Positions 30,725 to 38,703 of a DNA stretch of 64,000 nt are shown piece by piece. The stretch covers positions 42,971-106,970 of the forward strand of contig CAYFHO010000003.1 in NCBI GenBank assembly GCA_964342825.1, read 5' to 3'. Made by a program: the position numbers and the translations under genes. The DNA is from an uncultured Verrucomicrobiota bacterium (GTDB lineage: Bacteria; Verrucomicrobiota; Verrucomicrobiia; Limisphaerales; AAA164-E04). The notes beneath the pieces were generated by a model that did not search any database, was not told the origin of the DNA, and saw nothing but the letters and a program-made list of their open reading frames with translations. The first letter of the stretch is position 1, and each line of letters begins with the position of its first letter.

Positions 30725-33418
30725 ATGAAGCCTGTGATTATCTCAATGGTATTAATTCTTTGGGCACTCATTCTTTATTCCGAAGAACCCACCGAAGGAG
30801 AAAAACTCTTTGCCCTGAAAGTTAAACCGCTTTTTGCTGAAAAATGCATGGCATGCCATGGAGCTGATCCAGAAAAAATCAAGGGGGGATTCGACATGAG
30901 TACGTTGGATACGATCCTAAAGGGTGGCGAAAGTTTCGGGGACGAAGTCCTCATTTCAGGAAAAGGTGAAGATAGTTTCCTTTATAAACTCACTACTCGA
31001 ACCATCGAAGACTATGAAATGCCCCCAAAGGAAGCAGACAAGCTTTCGCAGGAGCAAACCTGGTGGATCCGAGATTGGATCAACGCTGGTGCTCCCTGGC
31101 CTGATGACACACTTGTCGCCCAAATTCAGGATCAATACGGTGAGGGTGTCAAAGCTCCCACTTCGGGTGGACTGGATGAGGAATGGACCCAACGTCGTTA
31201 CAATCCCGAGCACCTCTGGGCCTACCAACCACTCCATGTGGAAACACCGCCTCAAGACAGTCATCCCATTGATTGGTTTATTAATCGTAAACTCAAAAAC
31301 TCAGGCATGCGTGCGGCGAATGAGGCTGATACAATCGAACTCGCACGACGCCTGAGTTTTGGACTCACAGGATTGCCGCCAGCTCCCAAGCAGGTACGTA
31401 AGTTCACTTCCAACCGAAAGAAGGACCCCAAAAAAGCGGTCCGCAAATACGCAAAGCAGCTCATGAAGTCTGAACATTATGGTGAACATTTTGGACGACA
31501 GTGGCTGGATGTAGCCCGTTATGCAGACACAGCTGGATTTGCAAACGATTATTCACGCCCCAATGCCTGGCGGTATCGCGATTATGTGATCCGTTCTTTC
31601 AATTTGGATAAACCATATGATCAGTTTGTTCGCGAACAGTTGGCTGGTGACGAGATCGACTCCTCAGATCCCGAGAAACTCATTGCAACTGGTTTCCTTC
31701 GTATGGGCCCCTGGGAGCAAACCGGTATGAGTGTGTTCAAAGTCACACGACAACAATGGTTGGATGATGTGACGGATTCAGTGGGTCAAACTTTTTTGGG
31801 CCATGCACTCCAGTGTGCCAAATGCCATGATCACAAATTCGACCCCATTCCGACCAGAGATTACTACAGCATGATGGCCGTATTCTCGACGACTCAGTTT
31901 GCAGAAAGAGAGGCACCGTTCCTTGAAAAGGAAAACAAAACAGGGTTCAAAGCCATTCAGAATTGGACCCAGGCAAAGATCGAGGCCTATCAGCGGCAGC
32001 ACAAAGCACTGCAAGAACAAGTTAATCGAAATCGAACAAAGGAAACGGGAGATGCAAAAATTGGAGATAACGGACTGGACCCGGGAGATGAAGCCTCTTT
32101 GGCCCGCATGAACAAGAATATTTCACGGCACAAATGGGAATTGGACAAAACGCTCCCTATCGCATTTTCGGTTCACACGGGTAAAACTGTTCAAAGAAAC
32201 AACGTCAGCAGCCGAATTCCTTTACCAGATGATCCGTGGAAGAAAGGGTATATTGAGAAAGATACGATACTGATGGGGGGAAGCGCTTTTGCGCCTGGTG
32301 AGCCTGTGCATCCGGGAGCCTTGAGCGTCGCAGAACTCCTCGGGGGAATGAAGAGCTCCTCATTCCCTGAAGGAAAAGGCCAACGCAGAAAAGCTCTTGC
32401 CGATTGGGTCACTGATCCCAAAAATCCTCTCACGGCCAGAGTGATGGTGAACCGCGTCTGGTCCTGGCACTTTGGAAAAGGAATCGCTGGCAATCCAAAC
32501 AATTTTGGAGCAACCGGAAGCTTGCCAACCCACCCGGCACTCCTGGATTTCCTGGCAGATTGGTTTATAAAAAATGATTGGTCGGTGAAAAAGCTGAATG
32601 AACTCATCATTACTTCGTCTGCGTATCAACGAAGTTCTCGTCACCCGGAGCCAGACCTGCTTTCAACAAAGGATCCTAAGGGCGAGCTTTACGCAACTTT
32701 CAAGCCAAGGCGACTGACAGCAGAGGAATTGCGCGATGCGATGCTAAGTACGAGTGGGGAACTCAATCGTCAGGTGGGAGGTGTCCCTTGTCGTCCAGAA
32801 ATCAATGAAGAAGTAGCTCTTCAACCCAGGCAAATCATGGGAGGGACTGCCTCTGTTTACGAGCCAGACCCACTTCCTGCCCAAAGAAATCGTCGCAGTG
32901 TGTATGCGGAAAAAATCCGAGGACTACGCGATCCTTTTCTGGAAACCTTCAATCAGCCAGGACCGGACAAATCTTGTGAAATGAGGGAAAATTCTACGGT
33001 GGCCCCACAGGCTTTGACTTTATTCAACAGCGAAGAAATTCATGATCGTGCCTTGGCCTTTGCCTCTCGATTGTTGAATGAAAAGGAGCAACCCAAAGCG
33101 GTTGTCAAGCGCGCCTTTGCTCTGGCCTTGGGACGTCCACCCTCGGCTGAAGAATTAAGGGTTTGCCTCCAGCATTGGAACAAAGCCACTCTGGAGGAAT
33201 CATCCATAGATTACGAACCATCTGTTTTTCCAGTCGATATCAAGAGAACAGTCATGGCTGAGAAAACGGGCCAACCCTATGACTTTATCGAATCCAGACC
33301 TGCGTACCGTAATTATGTTCCAGACCTTCAGCCATGCGATACGGATCCACGTACTCGTGGATTAGCCCAGGTTTGTCTGGTTTTGTTCAACCTGAACGAA
33401 TTTGCCTATATCGATTAA
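30725..33418 (+). CDS. PSCyt / DUF1549 / DUF1553 (PSD1) domain protein
   Basis: Signal peptide from ATG 30725. N-terminal cytochrome-like CMACHG, and the segments HYGEHFGRQWLDVARYADT and CAKCHDHKFDPI, which are typical of this PVC family. Confidence 0.8.
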   Translation: MKPVIISMVLILWALILYSEEPTEGEKLFALKVKPLFAEKCMACHGADPEKIKGGFDMSTLDTILKGGESFGDEVLISGKGEDSFLYKLTTRTIEDYEMPPKEADKLSQEQTWWIRDWINAGAPWPDDTLVAQIQDQYGEGVKAPTSGGLDEEWTQRRYNPEHLWAYQPLHVETPPQDSHPIDWFINRKLKNSGMRAANEADTIELARRLSFGLTGLPPAPKQVRKFTSNRKKDPKKAVRKYAKQLMKSEHYGEHFGRQWLDVARYADTAGFANDYSRPNAWRYRDYVIRSFNLDKPYDQFVREQLAGDEIDSSDPEKLIATGFLRMGPWEQTGMSVFKVTRQQWLDDVTDSVGQTFLGHALQCAKCHDHKFDPIPTRDYYSMMAVFSTTQFAEREAPFLEKENKTGFKAIQNWTQAKIEAYQRQHKALQEQVNRNRTKETGDAKIGDNGLDPGDEASLARMNKNISRHKWELDKTLPIAFSVHTGKTVQRNNVSSRIPLPDDPWKKGYIEKDTILMGGSAFAPGEPVHPGALSVAELLGGMKSSSFPEGKGQRRKALADWVTDPKNPLTARVMVNRVWSWHFGKGIAGNPNNFGATGSLPTHPALLDFLADWFIKNDWSVKKLNELIITSSAYQRSSRHPEPDLLSTKDPKGELYATFKPRRLTAEELRDAMLSTSGELNRQVGGVPCRPEINEEVALQPRQIMGGTASVYEPDPLPAQRNRRSVYAEKIRGLRDPFLETFNQPGPDKSCEMRENSTVAPQALTLFNSEEIHDRALAFASRLLNEKEQPKAVVKRAFALALGRPPSAEELRVCLQHWNKATLEESSIDYEPSVFPVDIKRTVMAEKTGQPYDFIESRPAYRNYVPDLQPCDTDPRTRGLAQVCLVLFNLNEFAYID

Positions 33419-33455
33419 AAGCAGCTCGCCTGTAAACTATTTAAATTCAAAAACC

Positions 33456-34853
33456 ATGAAACCATCCCGCATCATTACACAGCCAAGTCGTCGCGACTTC
33501 CTTTACGGATTGGGAGCCGGACTGGGTGCTGTTGCTTTTAGCTCCATGTTGAATGGAGCGAACTCCAAACCCACTTCACCGCACCATGCCGCACGTGCTA
33601 AAAGATGCATTTTTCTAATGATGGAAGGAGGGCCATCGCACATTGACACCTTTGATCCCAAACCCGAATTAACAAGGCGACACCTGCAAGAATTTTCAAG
33701 GTCGGGAGAAATGGAAAGTGCCATGTCTTCAGGCAAAAGGTATTTTGTCAAAAGCCCATTTGATTTCATCAAAGCCGGACAGAATGGAACGGACATTTGT
33801 TCGCAATGGGTTCATTTGAAAGATTGTGTGGATGACATGTGCTTTTTTCGCGGTGCACAAGTCGAATCGGTCAATCACCCAACTGCCTGCTATCATGTGA
33901 ACACCGGAAATCGATTCGGCGGAGACCCTGCGATTGGGGCATGGATGACTTACGGATTAGGAACCCTGAATCAAAATCTACCCGGATTTGTCGTTTTACC
34001 CAGAACAAGCTACCCGCAAGGTGGGCCTGCAAATTGGTCGAACGGCTTCCTGCCCGCACAATTTCAGGGCACTCCGTTTCGTGCCAAGGGTAGCCCGATT
34101 CTGGACTTGAATCCACCCCATGGCACGTCACCGATCCGCCAAAGAAGCAACCTCGACTTGTTAAGCAAACTAAATACGAAACACCTCGAGGCAAGGCCTG
34201 GGCGAAGCGAACTGGAAGCTCGCATGCAGTCCTATGAATTGGCGTTTCGCATGCAATCCGAGGTCCCCGAAGTGCTGGATCTGAAAGCCGAAAACCAGGC
34301 AACGCTAGATCTGTATGGCATAGGGCAATCCAACACTGACGCATTCGGTAGAAAATGCCTGATGGCCCGTCGACTCATTGAGAAAGGGGTTCGATTTGTT
34401 CAAGCCTACGCCGGTAACTGGGATAGTCATGACTATATTGAAAGAGCACATGGCAACCTGATCCACTCGGTCGACCGCCCTATAGCAGGTCTGCTGAAAG
34501 ATCTGAAAAACAGGGGATTATTGGAAGAAACATTGGTCTTTTTCTGCGGAGAATTTGGACGTACCCCAGACAACGGTCTGCGTGGAGGTGGAAAATCCTA
34601 TGGCCGTGACCATAATGCCAAAGCAATGGCGATGTGGTTTGCCGGAGGCGGAACCAAAGGAGGCCACACTATAGGTGCGACCGACGAAATAGGGGCGGAA
34701 GCGGTCGAAAACGTACACCACATCCGCGATGTTCATGTTACCCTGCTTCATCTTCTCGGACTGGATGACAATAAATTAACCTACTACCATGCCGGTAGGT
34801 TCAAACAACTCAGTCAGTTTGGTGGACAGGTGATTCAGGAAATTATAGCATGA
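33456..34853 (+). CDS. DUF1501 (sulfatase-like) protein with a Tat signal
   Basis: Twin-arginine signal SRRDFLYGLGAGLGAVAF, plus MEGGPSHIDTFDPKP and GEFGRTP. It is paired with the upstream PSCyt protein, as is usual for this family. Confidence 0.8.
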   Translation: MKPSRIITQPSRRDFLYGLGAGLGAVAFSSMLNGANSKPTSPHHAARAKRCIFLMMEGGPSHIDTFDPKPELTRRHLQEFSRSGEMESAMSSGKRYFVKSPFDFIKAGQNGTDICSQWVHLKDCVDDMCFFRGAQVESVNHPTACYHVNTGNRFGGDPAIGAWMTYGLGTLNQNLPGFVVLPRTSYPQGGPANWSNGFLPAQFQGTPFRAKGSPILDLNPPHGTSPIRQRSNLDLLSKLNTKHLEARPGRSELEARMQSYELAFRMQSEVPEVLDLKAENQATLDLYGIGQSNTDAFGRKCLMARRLIEKGVRFVQAYAGNWDSHDYIERAHGNLIHSVDRPIAGLLKDLKNRGLLEETLVFFCGEFGRTPDNGLRGGGKSYGRDHNAKAMAMWFAGGGTKGGHTIGATDEIGAEAVENVHHIRDVHVTLLHLLGLDDNKLTYYHAGRFKQLSQFGGQVIQEIIA

Positions 34854-34857
34854 ACGG

Positions 34858-35715
34858 ATGACTGAGACATCGACATTAATTCATGTTTTCCCCGGCCAAG
34901 GTTCTCAAAAGAAAGGCATGGGAGAGGGATTATTTGAACAATTCCCCGACATCACCGCGGCGGCGAATGCAGTTCTCGGGTATTCCATAAAGGACCTTTG
35001 CCTTGAAGATGCCAATGATCAACTGAATTTAACGCAGTTCACTCAACCTGCACTCTACACCGTCAACGCCCTGACCTATCTCAATCTTAAGCAGGAATCC
35101 AACCCTGCACCTGACTTTGTAGCTGGACACAGTCTGGGGGAATACAATGCTTTGCTGGCAGCGGGTGTTTTTGATTTTGAGACTGGTTTAAAATTGGTGC
35201 AAAAGCGTGGTGCCTTGATGGCCGAAGCCAAAGGTGGTGGAATGGCTGCCGTTCTTGGAATGCCTATTGCAGAAATCGAAGCAGTCATCAAAAGCCATGG
35301 CAGCAAGGAAGTCGGGATCGCCAATCTCAACGCGCCTCAGCAAACTGTCCTGACAGGCAGTAAAGAAGCCATCCTCGACATTAAAACCGCTTTTGAATCA
35401 GCAGGAGCGAAAAGATACATTCCGCTCAAAGTGAGTGGAGCCTTTCATTCCCCCTTCATGGAACCCGCCCGTCAGGAGTTTTCAAATTTTCTCAAGACCT
35501 TCACCTTCAATCCACCTGCGATTCCAGTGATCTCCAATGTGGAAGCTGCCCCTTACCCAGACGAAGGCATCGCAAACCTGCTGGCACAACAAATCACCTC
35601 TCCAGTTCGCTGGGTTGAAACCATCCAGTACCTCAAGCAACAACCCAATCCCGAGTTCCACGAAGTCGGCCCCGGAAAAGTCCTCCAAGGGCTAATCCGT
35701 CAAATCACCATTTGA
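34858..35715 (+). CDS. fabD: ACP S-malonyltransferase
   Basis: FPGQGSQKKGMG, the active-site GHSLGEY, and VSGAFHSP. Confidence 0.9.
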   Translation: MTETSTLIHVFPGQGSQKKGMGEGLFEQFPDITAAANAVLGYSIKDLCLEDANDQLNLTQFTQPALYTVNALTYLNLKQESNPAPDFVAGHSLGEYNALLAAGVFDFETGLKLVQKRGALMAEAKGGGMAAVLGMPIAEIEAVIKSHGSKEVGIANLNAPQQTVLTGSKEAILDIKTAFESAGAKRYIPLKVSGAFHSPFMEPARQEFSNFLKTFTFNPPAIPVISNVEAAPYPDEGIANLLAQQITSPVRWVETIQYLKQQPNPEFHEVGPGKVLQGLIRQITI

Positions 35716-35772
35716 TGGTACTGGACCAAGGATTGGGATGAGAGCTAATCACCGATTTCCCAATCCATGAAA

Positions 35773-35821
35773 TCCCCAAACGTCGTAATCCCGAACCAAT
35801 GCGAAAATAAAGTGTTGGAAA
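35773..35821 (+). repeat. 49-bp repeat, copy A (48/49 identical to 37174-37222)
   Basis: TCCCCAAACGTCGTAATCCCGAACCAATGCGAAAATAAA[G/C]TGTTGGAAA was read at both places. There is a single mismatch, at 35812 versus 37213. Confidence 0.85.
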
Positions 35822-35898
35822 AACGAATTCTGGCGACAGGCAGGCACCATACTGCACCTGCTCGAGTGAAAAGTTTATCGAACGAAGGCAACGTCAAT

Positions 35899-36117
35899 CT
35901 ACAGTTCCTCTTTTGATACAGACCGAGTCACCGTTTGACCTCCTTTTGTTGGGATTCTCGTGACCATACGTTCGGGATGCTGCCGTTGGTTAGCGCGTGC
36001 GGCTTCGGCAATCTTTCGAAAATCGTATCCGTGTTTTGCAGCATTCTGCTCTTTCAACCTGCGCACGTCTTCAATGATCGAATCCTTCGTTTCTTCAACT
36101 ATCGCGTTCATCACCAA
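35899..36117 (-). CDS. small partner protein of the PIN-like gene (putative antitoxin-type protein)
   Basis: 72 aa. The pattern VRRLKEQNAAKHGYDFRKIAEAARANQRQHPERMV recalls small proteins encoded directly downstream of this PIN-like family. It overlaps the PIN-like gene by 23 nt. Confidence 0.45.
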   Translation of the reverse strand: MVMNAIVEETKDSIIEDVRRLKEQNAAKHGYDFRKIAEAARANQRQHPERMVTRIPTKGGQTVTRSVSKEEL

Positions 36118-36580
36118 TAAATTCTTCTGGGGTACAAATTACGGGTAAACTGACTCCGTGTCGATCAAAGCATCGTTGGATCTGACGCCTATTGTGGGGA
36201 TTTGCTATATGCCTGCAATTCCAAGTCAGTAAGAAATCCACGTTGTGCACACCTGCACAAGCAATGTGAAGGGCGTCATCAATGGCTTTGGATGGAATCA
36301 CTCCGTCAGTATGCAGATTTTCAGCCAACTCTACGACCTTATCGTCGATAACAAGAAGCCGAACATCTTCTAGCAATTGCACTCGTTTTTGAGCCATGCT
36401 GACTTCTCCTTGTGCGAGTTCATCAATGACAATTTGGGAAGTCAGTAATTCGTATCGACTGCGATGTCCGTCCCACCAATCAATCGTGAGCTGTTGCCGG
36501 GCAGCTTGAATAATATCTCGCGGCTGACGAGCAACATAGTAACTCGGAATCGTCGTTTCTATGAATACTTAGTCAGGCAT
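36095..36580 (-). pseudogene. PIN-like (VapC-type) toxin gene with an in-frame TAA at codon 4
   Basis: Minus-strand reading gives ATG CCT GAC TAA (36580-36569), then an open frame VFIETTIPSYYVARQPRDII...DDALHIACAGVHNVDFLLTWNCRHIAN... down to 36095. The first canonical start after the stop is ATG 36397, which would remove about 60 N-terminal residues. Confidence 0.55.
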
Positions 36581-36767
36581 TTCCCAACAATCCCCATTCA
36601 ACGTCCTTCAAAATCTGCGCTTCATTTAGGTCGCAACCATGGGAATCCACATAGCGCTGCAAAGCCTCTATGACTACCTCTTCCGCAGTCTTGATCCATC
36701 CAGCATGTACCATCTGCTCTAATTGACCATGAATACGGTCAAGGCATTCTACCGTGATCCTTTTCAT
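36573..36767 (-). CDS. ribbon-helix-helix / ParD-like antitoxin-type protein
   Basis: 64 aa. MKRITVECLD... forms the beta-strand, and GWIKTAEEVVIEALQRY is ParD/CopG-like. Its TGA stop overlaps the ATG of the PIN-like gene (AATGCCTGA). Confidence 0.5.
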   Translation of the reverse strand: MKRITVECLDRIHGQLEQMVHAGWIKTAEEVVIEALQRYVDSHGCDLNEAQILKDVEWGLLGNA

Positions 36768-37046
36768 AACCTAAAAATACCTGTTGGGCTACCAACTGAC
36801 AAGATTGGACATTGTGGGGGAACAGTCATTTGAGCAGGAGAATTGCCGGAATCATTTTCGATGGTCCCGATACATGTTTTTGAGAAACCTGAATTTGTCG
36901 AATTGTGCAGTGCTGGGTAAAAGAATTACATTCCTTCCCGACAGTCGCATCCATCACTGATGGCGAACTGGGTGGTAAGAGGGGGAAAAGCCTTTAAAGC
37001 TATCCTTAGTTGGTCGGGACAGCGGTATATAGGAGTTTAATAAAGC

Positions 37047-37093
37047 TGGTACTCCTGCCGGGACTCGAACCCAGATCGACGGTTTAGGAAACC
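37047..37093 (-). repeat. attL-type 47-bp copy of tRNA-Arg positions 30-76
   Basis: TGGTACTCCTGCCGGGACTCGAACCCAGATCGACGGTTTAGGAAACC is identical to 45902-45948. Sequence diverges immediately outside the repeat on both sides. Confidence 0.9.
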
Positions 37094-37173
37094 TCCTCAC
37101 AACAACCGGGACCGTTCGGGATAACGACCCCTTAACAACATGACTACAACGCGTTATGAATCGCGCTCCAATT

Positions 37174-37222
37174 TCCCCAAACGTCGTAATCCCGAACCAA
37201 TGCGAAAATAAACTGTTGGAAA
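37174..37222 (+). repeat. 49-bp repeat, copy B (island-internal arm)
   Basis: 48/49 identical to 35773-35821. It lies 81 bp inside attL. Confidence 0.85.
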
Positions 37223-37242
37223 TTGTTGGAAATTGTTGGAAA
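37214..37242 (+). repeat. three tandem TGTTGGAAA motifs with 10-bp period
   Basis: TGTTGGAAA occurs at 37214-37222, 37224-37232 and 37234-37242. The same 9-mer recurs at 45741-45749, 45753-45761 and 35813-35821, always in the same orientation. Confidence 0.8.
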
Positions 37243-37323
37243 ACCTGCGACTCCCCGTAAAAAAGATATCACGTTCATAGATTGGAGTGAAATATAGCTG
37301 AAAGGAAGCTGAGGTATTAGATT

Positions 37324-37521
37324 TCAGTCATGTTGAGTACTGAAGTCTTGATTACGGTTGGATTTCTGATGATGGGTTTTGCTTGCTGAAGCTGCATATT
37401 CATCCACGCTTTTATGCGCGACTTCTCTGACATATGGTGTGAGATACATCCCTGCCTCCTGATCGAGGTATTCCAGGATTTGGGTTGCGGATAATATGAG
37501 GTTCTTTATTTTGACATACAT
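37324..37521 (-). CDS. hypothetical 65-aa protein downstream of jetD
   Basis: The ATG is 9 nt after the jetD stop, preceded by TGAGGCAGAGGA (GAGG/AGGA Shine-Dalgarno-like). No recognisable motif. Confidence 0.35.
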   Translation of the reverse strand: MYVKIKNLILSATQILEYLDQEAGMYLTPYVREVAHKSVDEYAASASKTHHQKSNRNQDFSTQHD

Positions 37522-37530
37522 TCCTCTGCC

Positions 37531-38703
37531 TCATTTGATTAATGCATCGGTTTGATTTAAAGATCTAATTGCAGATACTATGGCTGTGTGCGGAATTTTT
37601 TCTTGCTCGATGCGTTGGTTTTTCATTTTGCACTGCTCGTATGCGTCATATTCCTCCGCAGTAAGATTATCTGAGATTTGGGAGGTCGATTTTTTACCGC
37701 GGCCAGCGAAATGCTGCCAACGAACCAGTGCTGCTGAGTCCATAAACATGCTTGTGGTGTGCGGATACAATGCTCTAAAAAGGGAGAGAATTTCGAAACC
37801 ATGAACATCTAAATCACCCCAGTATGTGATCTCGACATCATGAAGCCACTGAAACCGACGATAGTTCGCTACTGCAAAACCATGGCCAAGCATAGCGAAA
37901 GTGTTGGGAATGGTCGGAAGTGTAAGCAGGCTGATTTTGTTTTCTACGATGATGAGTCGGCATTTTGGTGGATTCAAATTTGAGACATGCCATGATGGCA
38001 GCGTCAATTCATCGACAGGAAATCCCATTGCTTCTTGGAGACCTTGGTCTAAGAACCGAATCAACACATGGGAATCCAGCCATCGAAGACCAAAGCGTGG
38101 CTCAAACTTAGACTCTTCCGCCACGATCTGTGAGGGTTTGAGTACCAGGTCAAGCCACTGATGAAGAATCGCTTTGTTTTGCTCTACCAACTTGGTATTT
38201 ACATCAACAGGGATCTCGCGTGCGTAGCAGTGAGGTCGTGGATGATTCACGAGGAAGTTGGCCACCAGAATCAGGTCTTCTATCACATCTACGACGCCAT
38301 TGAAGCGCTTCAGATTCTGGAGCAGCCATCTATCGATTAGAGTGGGGAATGCACGCTGAAGGCATTCGACCGCATCCATGTATTCAATGTATTCATTGGT
38401 TTTTGAAACCATCTTTAGGAAATCTTCCCGCGTTTCAATTTCGATTCGAACAGGAAACTGGTTCTTTCCGAACTTTCGGGATTTCTTTTCTTCCCAACGA
38501 ACCGAATAGCCATAACCCACCGCTTCTTTGCTCTTGGATCGCAGTAAATGAACTCCGAGATTTGCCTTTTGTAGATCATCCGATTGCCGAACAAGTTGGC
38601 ATCGGATCGGAAGAGGGAAGATCGTCTCTTCGTTAAGGCTGGCGCGAACAACATCCCAGTATTTGTTGAGAGCTTTCTTCTTTATTTCTTCTGGGGAAAT
38701 CAT
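37531..38703 (-). CDS. jetD: Wadjet JetD (Toprim-type nuclease subunit)
   Basis: 390 aa. The C-terminal module has the Toprim-like Glu in IIVENK (E254) and the DxD in YWGDLDVHGF (D297/D299, 37807-37815). There is a 4-nt overlap with jetC. Confidence 0.8.
   Translation of the reverse strand: MISPEEIKKKALNKYWDVVRASLNEETIFPLPIRCQLVRQSDDLQKANLGVHLLRSKSKEAVGYGYSVRWEEKKSRKFGKNQFPVRIEIETREDFLKMVSKTNEYIEYMDAVECLQRAFPTLIDRWLLQNLKRFNGVVDVIEDLILVANFLVNHPRPHCYAREIPVDVNTKLVEQNKAILHQWLDLVLKPSQIVAEESKFEPRFGLRWLDSHVLIRFLDQGLQEAMGFPVDELTLPSWHVSNLNPPKCRLIIVENKISLLTLPTIPNTFAMLGHGFAVANYRRFQWLHDVEITYWGDLDVHGFEILSLFRALYPHTTSMFMDSAALVRWQHFAGRGKKSTSQISDNLTAEEYDAYEQCKMKNQRIEQEKIPHTAIVSAIRSLNQTDALIK

Noticed and set aside
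35716-35722. TGGTACT right after the fabD stop, identical to the first 7 nt of the 47-bp att core, as a possible older attL
   Set aside because: Only 7 nt match and the following sequence is unrelated. It is mentioned as weak context only and is not called as a feature.
35730-35766. A 9-bp inverted repeat, GGATTGGGA ... TCCCAATCC, after fabD as a possible intrinsic terminator
   Set aside because: The loop is 19 nt and no T-run follows. It may still be a protein-binding site, but it cannot be supported as a terminator.
37213-37242. The tandem TTGTTGGAAA x3 considered as a possible mini-CRISPR or other repeat array
   Set aside because: The units are 10 bp, directly adjacent and have no spacers. 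The same motif recurs at the other island arm, so a protein-binding-site interpretation fits better.
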